Below, in pieces: positions 1-9,537 of a DNA stretch of 22,990 bases. The stretch comes from Candidatus Bilamarchaeaceae archaeon (GTDB lineage Archaea > Micrarchaeota > Micrarchaeia > Anstonellales > Bilamarchaeaceae), in the NCBI GenBank assembly GCA_038870635.1, contig JAVZJR010000007.1:1-22990 (forward strand), in the 5' to 3' direction. The position numbers and the translations under genes are program-made. Every line of letters starts with the position of its first letter. Position 1 is the first letter of the stretch. The notes below the pieces were generated by a model. That model saw nothing but the letters and a program-made list of their open reading frames with translations, was not told the origin of the DNA and ran no database searches.

Positions 1-1
1 T

Positions 2-88
2 AAAACTCAAATTGCTATAATGTTCTTTTATATAGCTAAGTATAACTTCTTTCTTTAGATTATTTAGATTTTGATTGTGGTCATCCAT
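2..88 (-). CDS. Possible 5' end of a hypothetical protein running off the window (MDDHNQNLNNLKKEVILSYIKEHYSNLSF...)
   Basis: ATG at 88 on the minus strand with an open frame to the window edge; divergent from mvaD across an AT-rich spacer. Only 29 codons are visible. Confidence 0.4.
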   Translation of the reverse strand, partial: MDDHNQNLNNLKKEVILSYIKEHYSNLSF

Positions 89-255
89 AAATTTATTTTT
101 TCTACAAATTTTTATAAAGTTATCTTTATTGAATTATTATGGTTATACGCTATAATCTTTAATTTTTAGATTGTCATTTTTACTTTAATTTACTTTAATA
201 TTGAAATAAATAATTTAAATATTTGCTACCAACTAATCAAACGAAAGGTGAATGT

Positions 256-1257
256 ATGAAGGCAACCGCAATAGCTAATTCTAATATAGCGATAATAAAG
301 TATTGGGGAAAGAGAGATGAAAAACTTATATTGCCTACTAATAGTTCTCTTTCTTTTACAATGGATGATAATCTTAATACAAAAACAACGGTGGAGTTCA
401 GCAGGAATCTAAAAAACGATGAGTTATATATAAATGATGAAAAGGCAACAGAAAAAGAGACATCGAGAATAACAGAATTTTTAGATATAGTAAGAGGGAT
501 GGCTAAAATAAATGAAAGGGCTCTAGTTATATCAAAAAATAATTTTCCAAAAGCAGCAGGTATGGCTTCTTCAGCATCTGCTTTTGCTGCTCTTGCTGGA
601 GCGGCGTCTAGGGCAGCTGGTCTTAATCTTTCACTTACTGAAATATCTGTTTTGGCTAGGAGGGGGAGCGGAAGCGCGATTAGGTCTATATATGGCGGCG
701 CGGTTAAATGGGAGATGGGGGAAAAAGCAGATGGTAGTGACTCTATAGCAGTGCAAATAGCGCCAAAAGAACACTGGCCTGAAATAAGAAATGTTATTGG
801 GATTATAACAAAAAAAGAAAAAAAGATAAGTTCTCGCGCTGGAATGAGAGAAACCGTAAAAACCTCTTCGCTTTATGAAGCAAGGTTGTTGCACGTAAAA
901 GAAAGGTTGGAGATGGCTGAAAAAGCGATCCTGCGAAAGGATTTTCATACTCTCGCAGAGATAATAATGCGCGAGAGTAATAACATGCACGCAGTAATGC
1001 TTGATACCTACCCCCCAATAATCTATCTTGATGATGTTGCAAAAGCAGTAATTGAGTCAGTCATAGAATTTAATTCTAAACAAGGAAAAAATGTTCTCGC
1101 GTATACATTTGACGCTGGCCCAAATCCTCACATATATACAACTGAAAAATTCGTAGATGATGCAATAGAGTTATTGCGTTACAATGGAATAAAAGAACAA
1201 ATAGTGTGTAAAGTAGGCGAGGGTTTGAGATTTTCTGACGACCATCTTGACATTTAG
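256..1257 (+). CDS. mvaD: Diphosphomevalonate decarboxylase (GHMP family)
   Basis: Motifs ANSNIAIIKYWGK, NNFPKAAGMASSASAFAAL, LARRGSGSA, ESNNMHA and YTFDAGPNPH. ATG at 256 follows the SD-like AGGTGA (246-251); the ORF track start at 223 is probably too early. Confidence 0.93.
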   Translation: MKATAIANSNIAIIKYWGKRDEKLILPTNSSLSFTMDDNLNTKTTVEFSRNLKNDELYINDEKATEKETSRITEFLDIVRGMAKINERALVISKNNFPKAAGMASSASAFAALAGAASRAAGLNLSLTEISVLARRGSGSAIRSIYGGAVKWEMGEKADGSDSIAVQIAPKEHWPEIRNVIGIITKKEKKISSRAGMRETVKTSSLYEARLLHVKERLEMAEKAILRKDFHTLAEIIMRESNNMHAVMLDTYPPIIYLDDVAKAVIESVIEFNSKQGKNVLAYTFDAGPNPHIYTTEKFVDDAIELLRYNGIKEQIVCKVGEGLRFSDDHLDI

Positions 1258-1266
1258 GTGTTTTTT

Positions 1267-2337
1267 ATGATAAAAGCGTCCGCCCCGGGCAAGATCCTAT
1301 GGTTAGGTGGTTATGCTGTCCTCGAAAGGCCAAATATATCCTTAGTTACTGCTGTAAATGCGCGAGTTCACGCTCACATTCAGAAATTTAAAGAGGACTA
1401 CCTGGAAATCCCCCAGTTTAATATTAATGAAAGCATCACGGCCTTATCAGAAGATAAAAAAAATAGTGCAAAGTTTGTTCTTGCAGCCCTATCATCGGTT
1501 AATTCCTACATAAAAGCCAAAGATATCTCAATAGAACATGTAAAGATAAGCACTGTAAGTGATCCAGCGTTTTCAGTAGAAGGCGGAAAAAGCGGTTTAG
1601 GGTCAAGCGCAGCAGCTACAGTTGCAACAGTTGCGGCTCTTTTATGTTTTTATGGTTTTAAAGACAGAGAGTTAGTTCATAAATTGGCGCAGTACAGTCA
1701 TGCATTAGCGCAAGGGAAGATTGGGTCTGGCTTTGATATCGCCGCGGCTACTTATGGTACCATACAATATACACGTTACAGTCCATCTATAATTAGTATG
1801 GATGAGAAAGATATCACAAAAATAATAGATAAAAACTGGGATTACGAGATAAAACCTATAGAATGGCCATCAGAATTACGAATAATAACGGGCAATTTTA
1901 TCGGTGAGAGCGCATCTACTACTACGATGGTAAAAAAGGTGATGGATTATAAGAAAAATAATCCTGAAGAATATTCAGAAATAATAAGGGAAATTGACAA
2001 CGCAGATAGGAGGGCGATAGATGCGTTACAAAGAAAAAATTACAAAGAATTTGCTTTTTACTTTAACGAAAGTCGCTTACTTACAAAAAAATTAGGAGAA
2101 AAAAGCGGAGCCGAAATAGAACCGCCAAAAGTAACCACACTTATTGAAAAAATTTTAAAAGAAGGGGGGGCATTGGCTGCTAAACTTCCAGGTGCAGGCG
2201 GAGGTGATAGTATTTGTGTTATCTGCACCGACAGTGAAAGTGAAAGAAAAACAAAAGAAATTTTGCAAAAGGAAAATAACATTAGCATCCTTCCTGATTT
2301 AAAAATAGAAAATAAAGGTCTACTATATCGCTCTTAG
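1267..2337 (+). CDS. mvaK2: Phosphomevalonate kinase, ERG8-like (GHMP family)
   Basis: SAPGKILWLGGYAVLE, GKSGLGSSAA, AQGKIGSGFDIAAATYG and PGAGGGDS motifs typical of ERG8-type PMK. Directly follows mvaD, with SD-like AGGTG overlapping the mvaD stop. Confidence 0.88.
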   Translation: MIKASAPGKILWLGGYAVLERPNISLVTAVNARVHAHIQKFKEDYLEIPQFNINESITALSEDKKNSAKFVLAALSSVNSYIKAKDISIEHVKISTVSDPAFSVEGGKSGLGSSAAATVATVAALLCFYGFKDRELVHKLAQYSHALAQGKIGSGFDIAAATYGTIQYTRYSPSIISMDEKDITKIIDKNWDYEIKPIEWPSELRIITGNFIGESASTTTMVKKVMDYKKNNPEEYSEIIREIDNADRRAIDALQRKNYKEFAFYFNESRLLTKKLGEKSGAEIEPPKVTTLIEKILKEGGALAAKLPGAGGGDSICVICTDSESERKTKEILQKENNISILPDLKIENKGLLYRS

Positions 2338-2473
2338 AGTTATATATAAATTACGATAAACAAAAATATTTATAACAAAAATATTTATCGCTTATTTTTA
2401 TTCAAAAGTATCAATTTTATAGTAAAGTAGTATAAAAGAAACATTTAAATATTGTTTTAATAAGAATAATTTT

Positions 2474-3286
2474 ATGGAAATAAAATATGTGTCATTAGAA
2501 GGCGTATTGGCAAAGACCGGTTTCACGAAAAATGAAAAAAATCTTTTACTAAAAACACTTCATTTATATGATGTACTTTATGAAAAAAGAAGTGAAGCAA
2601 TGGGTGTTGGCGGCGTCGCACTTCGTCTTTATATAGATGCTAGGTACAAAGCAAAAATGGGAAATACAGCTAAGATTACCGATGTTGACCTCGTGTTTTT
2701 AGAAATACCACCTTGGATAAAAAAATATTTACAAAAAGACAATTTTGTCCCTCAAGAACGCCTCCTTCTTAATATAAATGGCATTGTTAAGAAAATAGTG
2801 AGAACATACGAGGGTTTAGCCCCAGTTTGGCATCTTCAACCAAATCTTTCGGAACAAATTCCTATTTTTGATGATGTTTGTTTTTTTGAGGGAAAAATAG
2901 GTAGAATACCAATTTTAGCGGATGATTTTGCCTTTTCTTCTGTCGTGACAATACACACAAATTATGAAAACAAAGAGAAGCAAACAGATATAAGAATAGC
3001 TGATAAAGGTTTGCTTCTAGCAACTTTTCTTAATCCAGACGCGATAACAGATGTGCGTGCACGACGTTCTGCTCTTCTTTTAGCCAGTCATCATACTGAA
3101 ATAGAATCCATTGCAAAAAGATACGTCGAGGTAATAAAAAGGACGGATATTGATTTAAATGAACTTAAAAAAACGTTAAATATTTTGATTTCAAATGCTA
3201 AAAATCAACTTAAGAAATATGCACACGAATTTGTTGAGGTCGTATGGGGGGTTTTATCGTCTGACCATCAAAACATTTTTAAATAG
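2474..3286 (+). CDS. Hypothetical protein with a Pol-beta-like nucleotidyltransferase signature (AbiEii/DUF2204-like)
   Basis: GVGGVALRLY followed by ITDVDLVF (hhGGxA...TxDhD). TATA-like TTTAAATA about 25 nt upstream of the ATG. Confidence 0.6.
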   Translation: MEIKYVSLEGVLAKTGFTKNEKNLLLKTLHLYDVLYEKRSEAMGVGGVALRLYIDARYKAKMGNTAKITDVDLVFLEIPPWIKKYLQKDNFVPQERLLLNINGIVKKIVRTYEGLAPVWHLQPNLSEQIPIFDDVCFFEGKIGRIPILADDFAFSSVVTIHTNYENKEKQTDIRIADKGLLLATFLNPDAITDVRARRSALLLASHHTEIESIAKRYVEVIKRTDIDLNELKKTLNILISNAKNQLKKYAHEFVEVVWGVLSSDHQNIFK

Positions 3287-3290
3287 ATAT
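3270..3290 (+). promoter_or_regulatory. Putative 23S rRNA promoter (BRE/TATA-like)
   Basis: AAAACATTTTTAAATA overlaps the end of the upstream CDS and precedes a hairpin-rich leader and the 23S processing stem. Confidence 0.4.
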
Positions 3291-3397
3291 GCTCTTAATA
3301 ATGGCTACAAACCTACTTATTCCAATGTACGCGCGTCTGCGCGTGAGGAAAAAACCATTAGGTGGTTTGTTCTCTCTCCGTTATACGGAGAGTAAGT

Positions 3398-3440
3398 AGA
3401 GTGGAAGGGAAATAGCAGATGTGAGGAATAGTGAGTTTGG
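3398..3440 (+). other. 5' arm of the 23S pre-rRNA processing stem (pairs with 6349-6388)
   Basis: GGAAGGGAAATAGCAGATGTG...GTGAGTTTGG is complementary to CCAAACTCGC...CACATTCTGCTTTTTTCCCTTCC downstream of the 23S. Confidence 0.8.
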
Positions 3441-3454
3441 GTTCTAGAAATCTA

Positions 3455-6348
3455 GATATTCATACCGTCTAGTGGATGCCTAGGCTTACGCCCACGCGGC
3501 CACGCGGCAAGCTGCGATAATCTCCGGGTAGCCGCATGCAGGCTTTGATCCGGAGGATTGGCGGTGTACTTTCCGGCTAACTGGGAAGTACGAAAACTCC
3601 CCGAAATGAAGCGTCTTAGTAGGGGAAGGAAAAGAAATCAATCGAGATCCGGTTAGTAACACGAGTGAAAGCCGGACAGACCGTCCTGAATACTCTATGG
3701 TAACATAGAGTAGATGTGGTGAGGTTAGTACCATCCATTTTCCTACCAGAAGTCAGCTGGAACGCTGCGCCATAGCGGGTGAAAGCCCCGTATGGAAAAG
3801 AAAATGGAGGGAACTCGAAGAGTAGTGTCCTCTTGATAGGGGGCATGAAGATGGGGGTATCAACCTCCAAGTCTAAATATGGGGCGTAAGACCGATAGCG
3901 CATTTAGTAGCGCGAGCGAAAGGTGAAAAGAACCGGGGGACCGGTGTGAAAAGACCTGAAACTAGACGGTTACAGCAGGACAAGGCACAAAAGGGTAGGA
4001 CTGCAGAAGTGAATGCTGGTAACAGCAGGAACGATGCAGTTTAACCAGTGTCTTGTCTTTCTTCTCGAAGCAAGAGCCAGGGAGTTTATGTGCGTGGCGA
4101 GACGAAAGTCGAAGGGAAACCAAGTGCCCGCAATACCGCAAGGTATGAGGGGCGTTGTGGTAATTCGCGACTAGTCACTCACATAAGACCCGAAGCCGTT
4201 GTGATCTACGCCCGAGCAGGGCGAAGCCAGCTTGACAGCTGGTGGAGGCCCGCAACTAGTGGTGGTATATTCCCCTTAGGTGACTTGGGTGTAGGGGTGA
4301 TAGTCCTGTCGAACACGGCAATAGCGAGTTCCTCCCAAAATGTGTCTCAGCACAGCGTCCTTGGAGTGAGATACAAGGGTAGAGCACTGATCAGACAGAG
4401 CGGCTCCGAAAGGGGTCACTGTCTTTTCAAACTCCGAATCTTGTATCCACGAAGAAGAGGGCAGTTGGGTTCACGGGGTAAGCTTGTGGACCTATACGGG
4501 ATTGACCGTACGTTGGGTTAAGGACCCTAAATGCTGGTTAAGTGCGAACTGCAAAGAAGTCTCTATTCAGAGACAGCCGGGAGGTAGGCTTAGAAGCAGC
4601 CATCCTTTAAACAACGCGTAATAGCGGACCGGCCGAGAATGCAGACTTTGAAGATTACCGGGGCTAAACCAGCTTCCGATACCCAACCTAGGCGAAAGCC
4701 TATAGAGTAGGGAGGCGAACGGATGGCGCAGAAGTAGGTTCGTGAGAACCTATGGAGCCTTCTGTTATGAATATCCTGGTGTTAGTAACAGCAATATCTA
4801 GGTGAGAATCCTAGACACCTTATAGAGCAAGGTTTCCTCAGCAACGTTCGTCAGCTGAGGGTTAGGCGATCCTAAGCCTCATGGTAATTCCTCTGAGGCG
4901 AAATTAGGGAAGCCGGTTAATATTCCGGCCCCACAGAGGTAGGTGCCGCAAGGCATGCCAACTTTCGGACGCCTTTGGATAGGTGAAGCGGCTGCGGCCG
5001 TCTGAGGAGAGTAACTTCGCGGAGTCTCATTATGAGGAGAAGCGAATGAAACTCCAAGGGGAAACTTCATCAAATCCAGGGGCCCATGAAAACGAGGTTG
5101 GAACGATCCTCTGTGCTCGTACCAAGAACCAGTACAGGTGCTCTAGCTGAAAAGGCTAAGGTGTGTCGGGAGAACCCGGGTAAGGGAATTCGGCATATTG
5201 GCCCCGTATCTTCGGTAGAAGGGGTGCCTTCGCATGCGCAATGCGGAGGTCTCAGTAACAAGGGGGGAGCGACTGTTTACCAAAAACACAGGTCACCGCA
5301 AAGTTGAAAAGCCTAGTATGGTGGCCGACGCCTGCTCACTGCCAGTACCTGAAAACGGGGTTCAACCTGGAGAAGGGCTGGTAAAGAGCGGGGGTAACTC
5401 TGACCCTCTTAAGGTAGCGTAATACCTCGCCGCTTAATTGGCGGCTTGCATGAATGGCGTAACGACTCCCCCACTGTCCCTACCTGGGACCTGGTGAACT
5501 CACTATCCGGTGAAGATGCCGGAGACTCCCAGTGGGAAACGAAGACTCCATGGAGCTTTACCGCAGTCTGGTGTTGTGGTACGAGTTATACTACCGAGAG
5601 TAAGTGGGAGCCGTCGAACCGTTGCTTCCGGGTAACGGGGAGGCGAAAGTGTAACACCACTTAGTATGACTTGTATTGCTTACTCGAAAGAGGACAGCGC
5701 CAGGTGGGCGGTTCGGCTGGGGCGGTACGCCCTCGATAAGGAAACAAGGGCGCCCAATGCTCTGCTCATCCCGGTCAGAAATCGGGAGTAGAGGGTGAAA
5801 GACAAATGCAGGGCTGACTGTATCCCTAAAAGCGTGGGATGCAGAGACGAAAGTCGGGCTTAGCGAACATAGATACCTTATTGATGAGGGTTCTATCTGT
5901 CAGACAAGCTACCCTGGAGGTAACAGGCTCGTCGCGGGCGAGAGTACACATCGACCCCGCGGTTTGGTACATCGCTGTCGGCTTGGGACATCCTGGTGGG
6001 GCAGGACCCGCCAAGGGTTGGGTTGTTCATCCATTAAAGTCCCACATGAGCTGGGTTCAGTACGTCGCGAGACAGTACGGTAGTATCTACTGGGAGCGTT
6101 TGCCTCTTGAGAGGAAGGATCTCTGAGTACGAGAGGAACGGAGATCCGGCGCCTCTAGTCTACCGGTTGTGAAATACGCACTGCCGGGCAGCCACGCGCC
6201 AAGTGATAAGACCTGAAAGCATCTAAGGTCGAAGCACTTCTCAAGACGAGGAGGCATGAACCGCGGATAGCAGATCCGTTTGATAGGACCGGAGTGTAAG
6301 CGGTTAGCGAAAGCGAGCCGTTCAGCTTGCGGTTACTAAAGGTTCATT
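3455..6348 (+). rRNA. rrl: 23S ribosomal RNA, archaeal, not linked to 16S or 5S (ends approximate)
   Basis: Conserved blocks GCAAGCTGCGATAA, GGTAGGCTTAGAAGCAGCCATC, CTCTTAAGGTAGCG, TAACAGGCT, GAGCTGGGTTCAG and the sarcin-ricin loop AGTACGAGAGGAAC. About 2.9 kb, GC-rich against an AT-rich background. Confidence 0.98.
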
Positions 6349-6388
6349 CCAAACTCGCGCACATTCTGCTTTTTTCCCTTCCCATTCT
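6349..6388 (+). other. 3' arm of the 23S pre-rRNA processing stem
   Basis: Inverted repeat of 3398-3440, followed by a T-rich tract. Confidence 0.8.
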
Positions 6389-6442
6389 CTAATTTTTTAA
6401 ATATTTATGAATGAGAATATTAGTTGTATGCACTATTTTGAT

Positions 6443-7663
6443 ATGTCTAAACTATATTATTTTTCAAAAAAGCCAGGCATAGGCGGAAAGATAAAAGCTA
6501 CGCCAGAAGATTTCATAGTTGAAGAAATAACAACAGATGGTAGTGTACTAAGCATAGATAAAATTTTTTCAAGAAAAGATGAAGAAGGTTCTTTTACTCA
6601 TTTTATTCTGCAAAAGAGAAGTTGGACTACAGAAGGTGCTTTAAGAAGAATTGGTGATGCGTTAGGAGTAGGAAAGAAAAGATTTTCTTACGCAGGTTCA
6701 AAAGATAAAAATGCATTTACTACACAACTCGTTTCTGCTTACAAAGTTGCTAAAGAAGATTTGCTTTCTCTTAAACTAAAAGACATAAAAATTCTTGGGG
6801 CATGGTATGCAAAAGATAAAGTTCATCTTGGGGAGCTCCTTGGTAATAGGTTTACCATTCGCGTCGTAGATGTTAAAGAAAAAGAACCCTCTAAAAAAAT
6901 CAAAAAAATCGCTAATGAAATAAAAATGCATTTCCCAAATTATTTTGGCCCTCAAAGATTCGGAAGTAGTCGCAAGAATACAGACACTGTAGGGGAATTT
7001 CTTATCCGTGGTAGGCCAGACCTTGCTGTAATGGAATTTTTAACAGGTTCTTGCGAGTTAGAAGAGAGAGAAGAAGCCAAAGTTGCGCGTTTAAATCTTT
7101 CTAAAACAAATGATTTTTCTCTTGCATTAAAGGAATTTCCAAAAAGCTTGAAGTTGGAGAGAAGCATCCTTTATCATCTCTCAAAATATCCTCGGGACTA
7201 CGCAGGTGCTCTTCGTTGTCTTCCACGTCAAACTTTACTTCTTTTTGTGCATGCTTTTCAATCGCGTTTATTCAATATCCTGCTTTCAGAAAGAATAAAA
7301 GAAGGCGAAATTAAAAAGGAAGAGGGAGAATATTATTGCGGAGAAAAGTTAGGTTTTCCAGACATAAATAAAAAAGAAGAAAAAAAGAGAAAGAGTACGT
7401 ACTTGGTGGGCAAGATAATTGGTTATGAGACAAAGATAAACGAGCGAGAGAAGAACTTACTTCTTAGATTTGGAATAAAGCCTCAAGATTTTAAGATAAG
7501 TTTTATGCCTGAGATTTCAACAAAAGGCGGCTACAGACTTCTTTTTGCACCATTGAAAGATTTCTCTTTTAAAGACAATACTTTTATTTTTTCCTTACCG
7601 GCAGGTTCCTATGCTACTGTCGCTTTGCGAGAGTTTTTAGATGTCAATAAAGAGGTTGTTTAA
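6443..7663 (+). CDS. truD: tRNA pseudouridine(13) synthase TruD/Pus7
   Basis: KATPEDFIVEE, catalytic SYAGSKDK, GELLGNRFTI, PNYFGPQRFG and FSLPAGSYATVALRE. The start could also be 6407 or 6428. Confidence 0.95.
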   Translation: MSKLYYFSKKPGIGGKIKATPEDFIVEEITTDGSVLSIDKIFSRKDEEGSFTHFILQKRSWTTEGALRRIGDALGVGKKRFSYAGSKDKNAFTTQLVSAYKVAKEDLLSLKLKDIKILGAWYAKDKVHLGELLGNRFTIRVVDVKEKEPSKKIKKIANEIKMHFPNYFGPQRFGSSRKNTDTVGEFLIRGRPDLAVMEFLTGSCELEEREEAKVARLNLSKTNDFSLALKEFPKSLKLERSILYHLSKYPRDYAGALRCLPRQTLLLFVHAFQSRLFNILLSERIKEGEIKKEEGEYYCGEKLGFPDINKKEEKKRKSTYLVGKIIGYETKINEREKNLLLRFGIKPQDFKISFMPEISTKGGYRLLFAPLKDFSFKDNTFIFSLPAGSYATVALREFLDVNKEVV

Positions 7664-8755
7664 ATGATACTACAAGAAGAAAACATCTCTTTTGAGATTT
7701 CGAAAAAAGTTTTTTATAACCCAAATATGCGTTTTTGTAGGAGTATATTTTCTTTAGGAGTAGGTGCGATTAATCGTGATTTGGTTGTTTGTGATGCATT
7801 CGCTGCGTCTGGCATAAGGGGAATTAGATACGCAAAAGAGAATTCAAATGTCAAGAGAGTTATTTTTGTTGATTTAGAAAAGGAAGCTATCAAATGCATA
7901 AAGAAAAACGTGAAAATTTCTAAAATAAAAAATACAAAAATAATGCAAGGCAACATTTCCCGTCTTGTTTTTGATATTGTCGCAGATTTTGCAGAGGTCG
8001 ATCCTTTTGGAACGCCTGCGCCTTATCTATACGATGTTTTTAGAATGTTCAATCCATTAAAAGAGGCTTATCTTTCAGTTACTGCTACAGATACTGCCGT
8101 GCTTTGTGGTGGCAAGGTAAAAGCAGCAATGAAAAATTATCATTCAAAACCTCTAAACAATGAATTTACTCACGAGAATGGTACACGTATTCTTCTAAAG
8201 AAAATCACCGAAGTAGCAGCAGAGTTTAACTTTGGTTGCATTCCTATCCTATCTTTATCCGATAGACATTACCTAAAAGTTTTACTTTATTTAAAAAGAG
8301 GCGCTGACGCCGCCGACCGCTCGCTAAAGCAACTTGGTTTTGTTATATTTTGTCCTAAATGCGGTTATCGTTCAACTGCTCTTTTCCCAGAAAGAATTTG
8401 TCCTCTTTGCCATTCTTCATTAGATTACGCAGGGCCATTGTGGCTTGGCGCCATAGCTGATAAAAAATTTGTAAAAAAGATGATTAAGCTTAATTCTGAG
8501 AGAGATTATGCTGATAAGAAAGAGATAGAAAAAACACTTGACATAATATATGAGGAAGCAGAAATGCCACCATATTTTTATGATATCCATGCTATTGCGA
8601 AAAGGACTAGAAAATCGTTTATACCTAAAATGGATGATATGCTAAACGCTTTGAGAAGAGAAGGTTACGATACTACAAGAACACATTTTTGTCCTACTGG
8701 AATAAAAACAAAGGCGTCTTATAAAGATGTAATAAGCATTATTAGTAAATTGTAG
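7664..8755 (+). CDS. trm1: tRNA (guanine-26-N2)-dimethyltransferase Trm1
   Basis: VFYNPNM, DAFAASGIRGIRYAKE, DPFGTPAPY, SVTATDTAVLCG, zinc ribbon CPKC...CPLC, AGPLWLG, RTHF and GIKT. Confidence 0.95.
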   Translation: MILQEENISFEISKKVFYNPNMRFCRSIFSLGVGAINRDLVVCDAFAASGIRGIRYAKENSNVKRVIFVDLEKEAIKCIKKNVKISKIKNTKIMQGNISRLVFDIVADFAEVDPFGTPAPYLYDVFRMFNPLKEAYLSVTATDTAVLCGGKVKAAMKNYHSKPLNNEFTHENGTRILLKKITEVAAEFNFGCIPILSLSDRHYLKVLLYLKRGADAADRSLKQLGFVIFCPKCGYRSTALFPERICPLCHSSLDYAGPLWLGAIADKKFVKKMIKLNSERDYADKKEIEKTLDIIYEEAEMPPYFYDIHAIAKRTRKSFIPKMDDMLNALRREGYDTTRTHFCPTGIKTKASYKDVISIISKL

Positions 8756-9506
8756 AAATAAATTCTGGAAAATCATACGCTATTTTTACTTTTGGTTTTG
8801 ATATAACTTGTTTGTAACCTAACATATATCCCTCTCTTTGGCAAACTTCAAATACATGTTCACTACATTCGCATTTTTCGTCTGCTTTTACTACAACTAA
8901 ATCTGAACCGGCTTTTCTTAATGCTCGCATGGCGCTTACAATGTCAATTAATTTTGTTTTGTTGTTTATTGTTAAAACTATTCGTATGGGTATATTCTTG
9001 TTAAATTTTCTTGTTTCTTTTATTAGTTCAACAACTTTTTTTACTGAACTTTTTGAATTTTTATCCATATTAATATCATAAGAAATTACATCAACAACTG
9101 AGTTAAGTATGATACCAACAAATTTTTTATTGAAAGAAGGTTTTAGTACGCTTTCAATAATGACATTAGGATTTGTCTGTCTTATTTGCTTAATGTAATT
9201 AGCTATATAAGAGGCACCGCCATCTTTCATGTCACTTCTATAATCAGAATTAAGCATGAGATAACTTATTCCTAATCTTTTGGCCACTGCCGCTATTCTT
9301 TTTCCATAGTCTATTTGCGGCTTTTCTGGTTTTTTGTTTTTTTTCTTCTTGTCTGAAAGTATATTAAAAGCCATAAAGCCATTAAAAAAATAATCTGGAA
9401 GCTCTTCACTATTAGCCAAGAGTGATAAAACCTTTTGGTTTTCTAATACTTCTTGAGCTGCTTTTAATAGGGTTTCATTATGCGCATGGGATTTTATTTG
9501 GAGCAT
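8742..9506 (-). CDS. Degenerate lipoyl synthase (LipA)-like protein lacking Fe-S ligands (probable pseudo-enzyme)
   Basis: LGISYLMLNSDYRSDMKDGGASYIANYIKQIRQTNPNVIIE aligns by eye to the LipA consensus GLxYVVITSVxRDDLxDGGAxxFAxxIxAIRxxxPxxxIE. The C-terminal LGYKQVISKPKVKIAY aligns to MGFxxVxSGPxVRSSY. No CX4CX5C or CX3CX2C motif. Start 9506 or 9545. Confidence 0.7.
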   Translation of the reverse strand: MLQIKSHAHNETLLKAAQEVLENQKVLSLLANSEELPDYFFNGFMAFNILSDKKKKNKKPEKPQIDYGKRIAAVAKRLGISYLMLNSDYRSDMKDGGASYIANYIKQIRQTNPNVIIESVLKPSFNKKFVGIILNSVVDVISYDINMDKNSKSSVKKVVELIKETRKFNKNIPIRIVLTINNKTKLIDIVSAMRALRKAGSDLVVVKADEKCECSEHVFEVCQREGYMLGYKQVISKPKVKIAYDFPEFISTIY

Positions 9507-9537
9507 ATGATTTATATGAGTAAAAAATATTAAAAAT

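Noticed and set aside
3290..3400. tRNA or 5S rRNA in the spacer before the 23S (spacers flanking both rRNAs were also checked)
   Set aside because: Only simple hairpins; no cloverleaf, T-loop motif or 5S consensus.
3195..6126. Short ORFs in or before the 23S (3195-3395, 3486-3734, 3616-3903, 4048-4521, 4879-5073, 5070-5261, 5086-5307, 5234-5422, 5446-5664, 5826-6014, 5839-6126)
   Set aside because: They lie in rRNA or its structured leader; chance ORFs in GC-rich sequence with no protein motifs.
3455..6348. Introns in the 23S rRNA
   Set aside because: Length is normal and the conserved blocks I checked are uninterrupted; the extended helix near 3985-4050 looks like the usual archaeal H25 expansion. 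A very small insert cannot be excluded without a covariance-model alignment.
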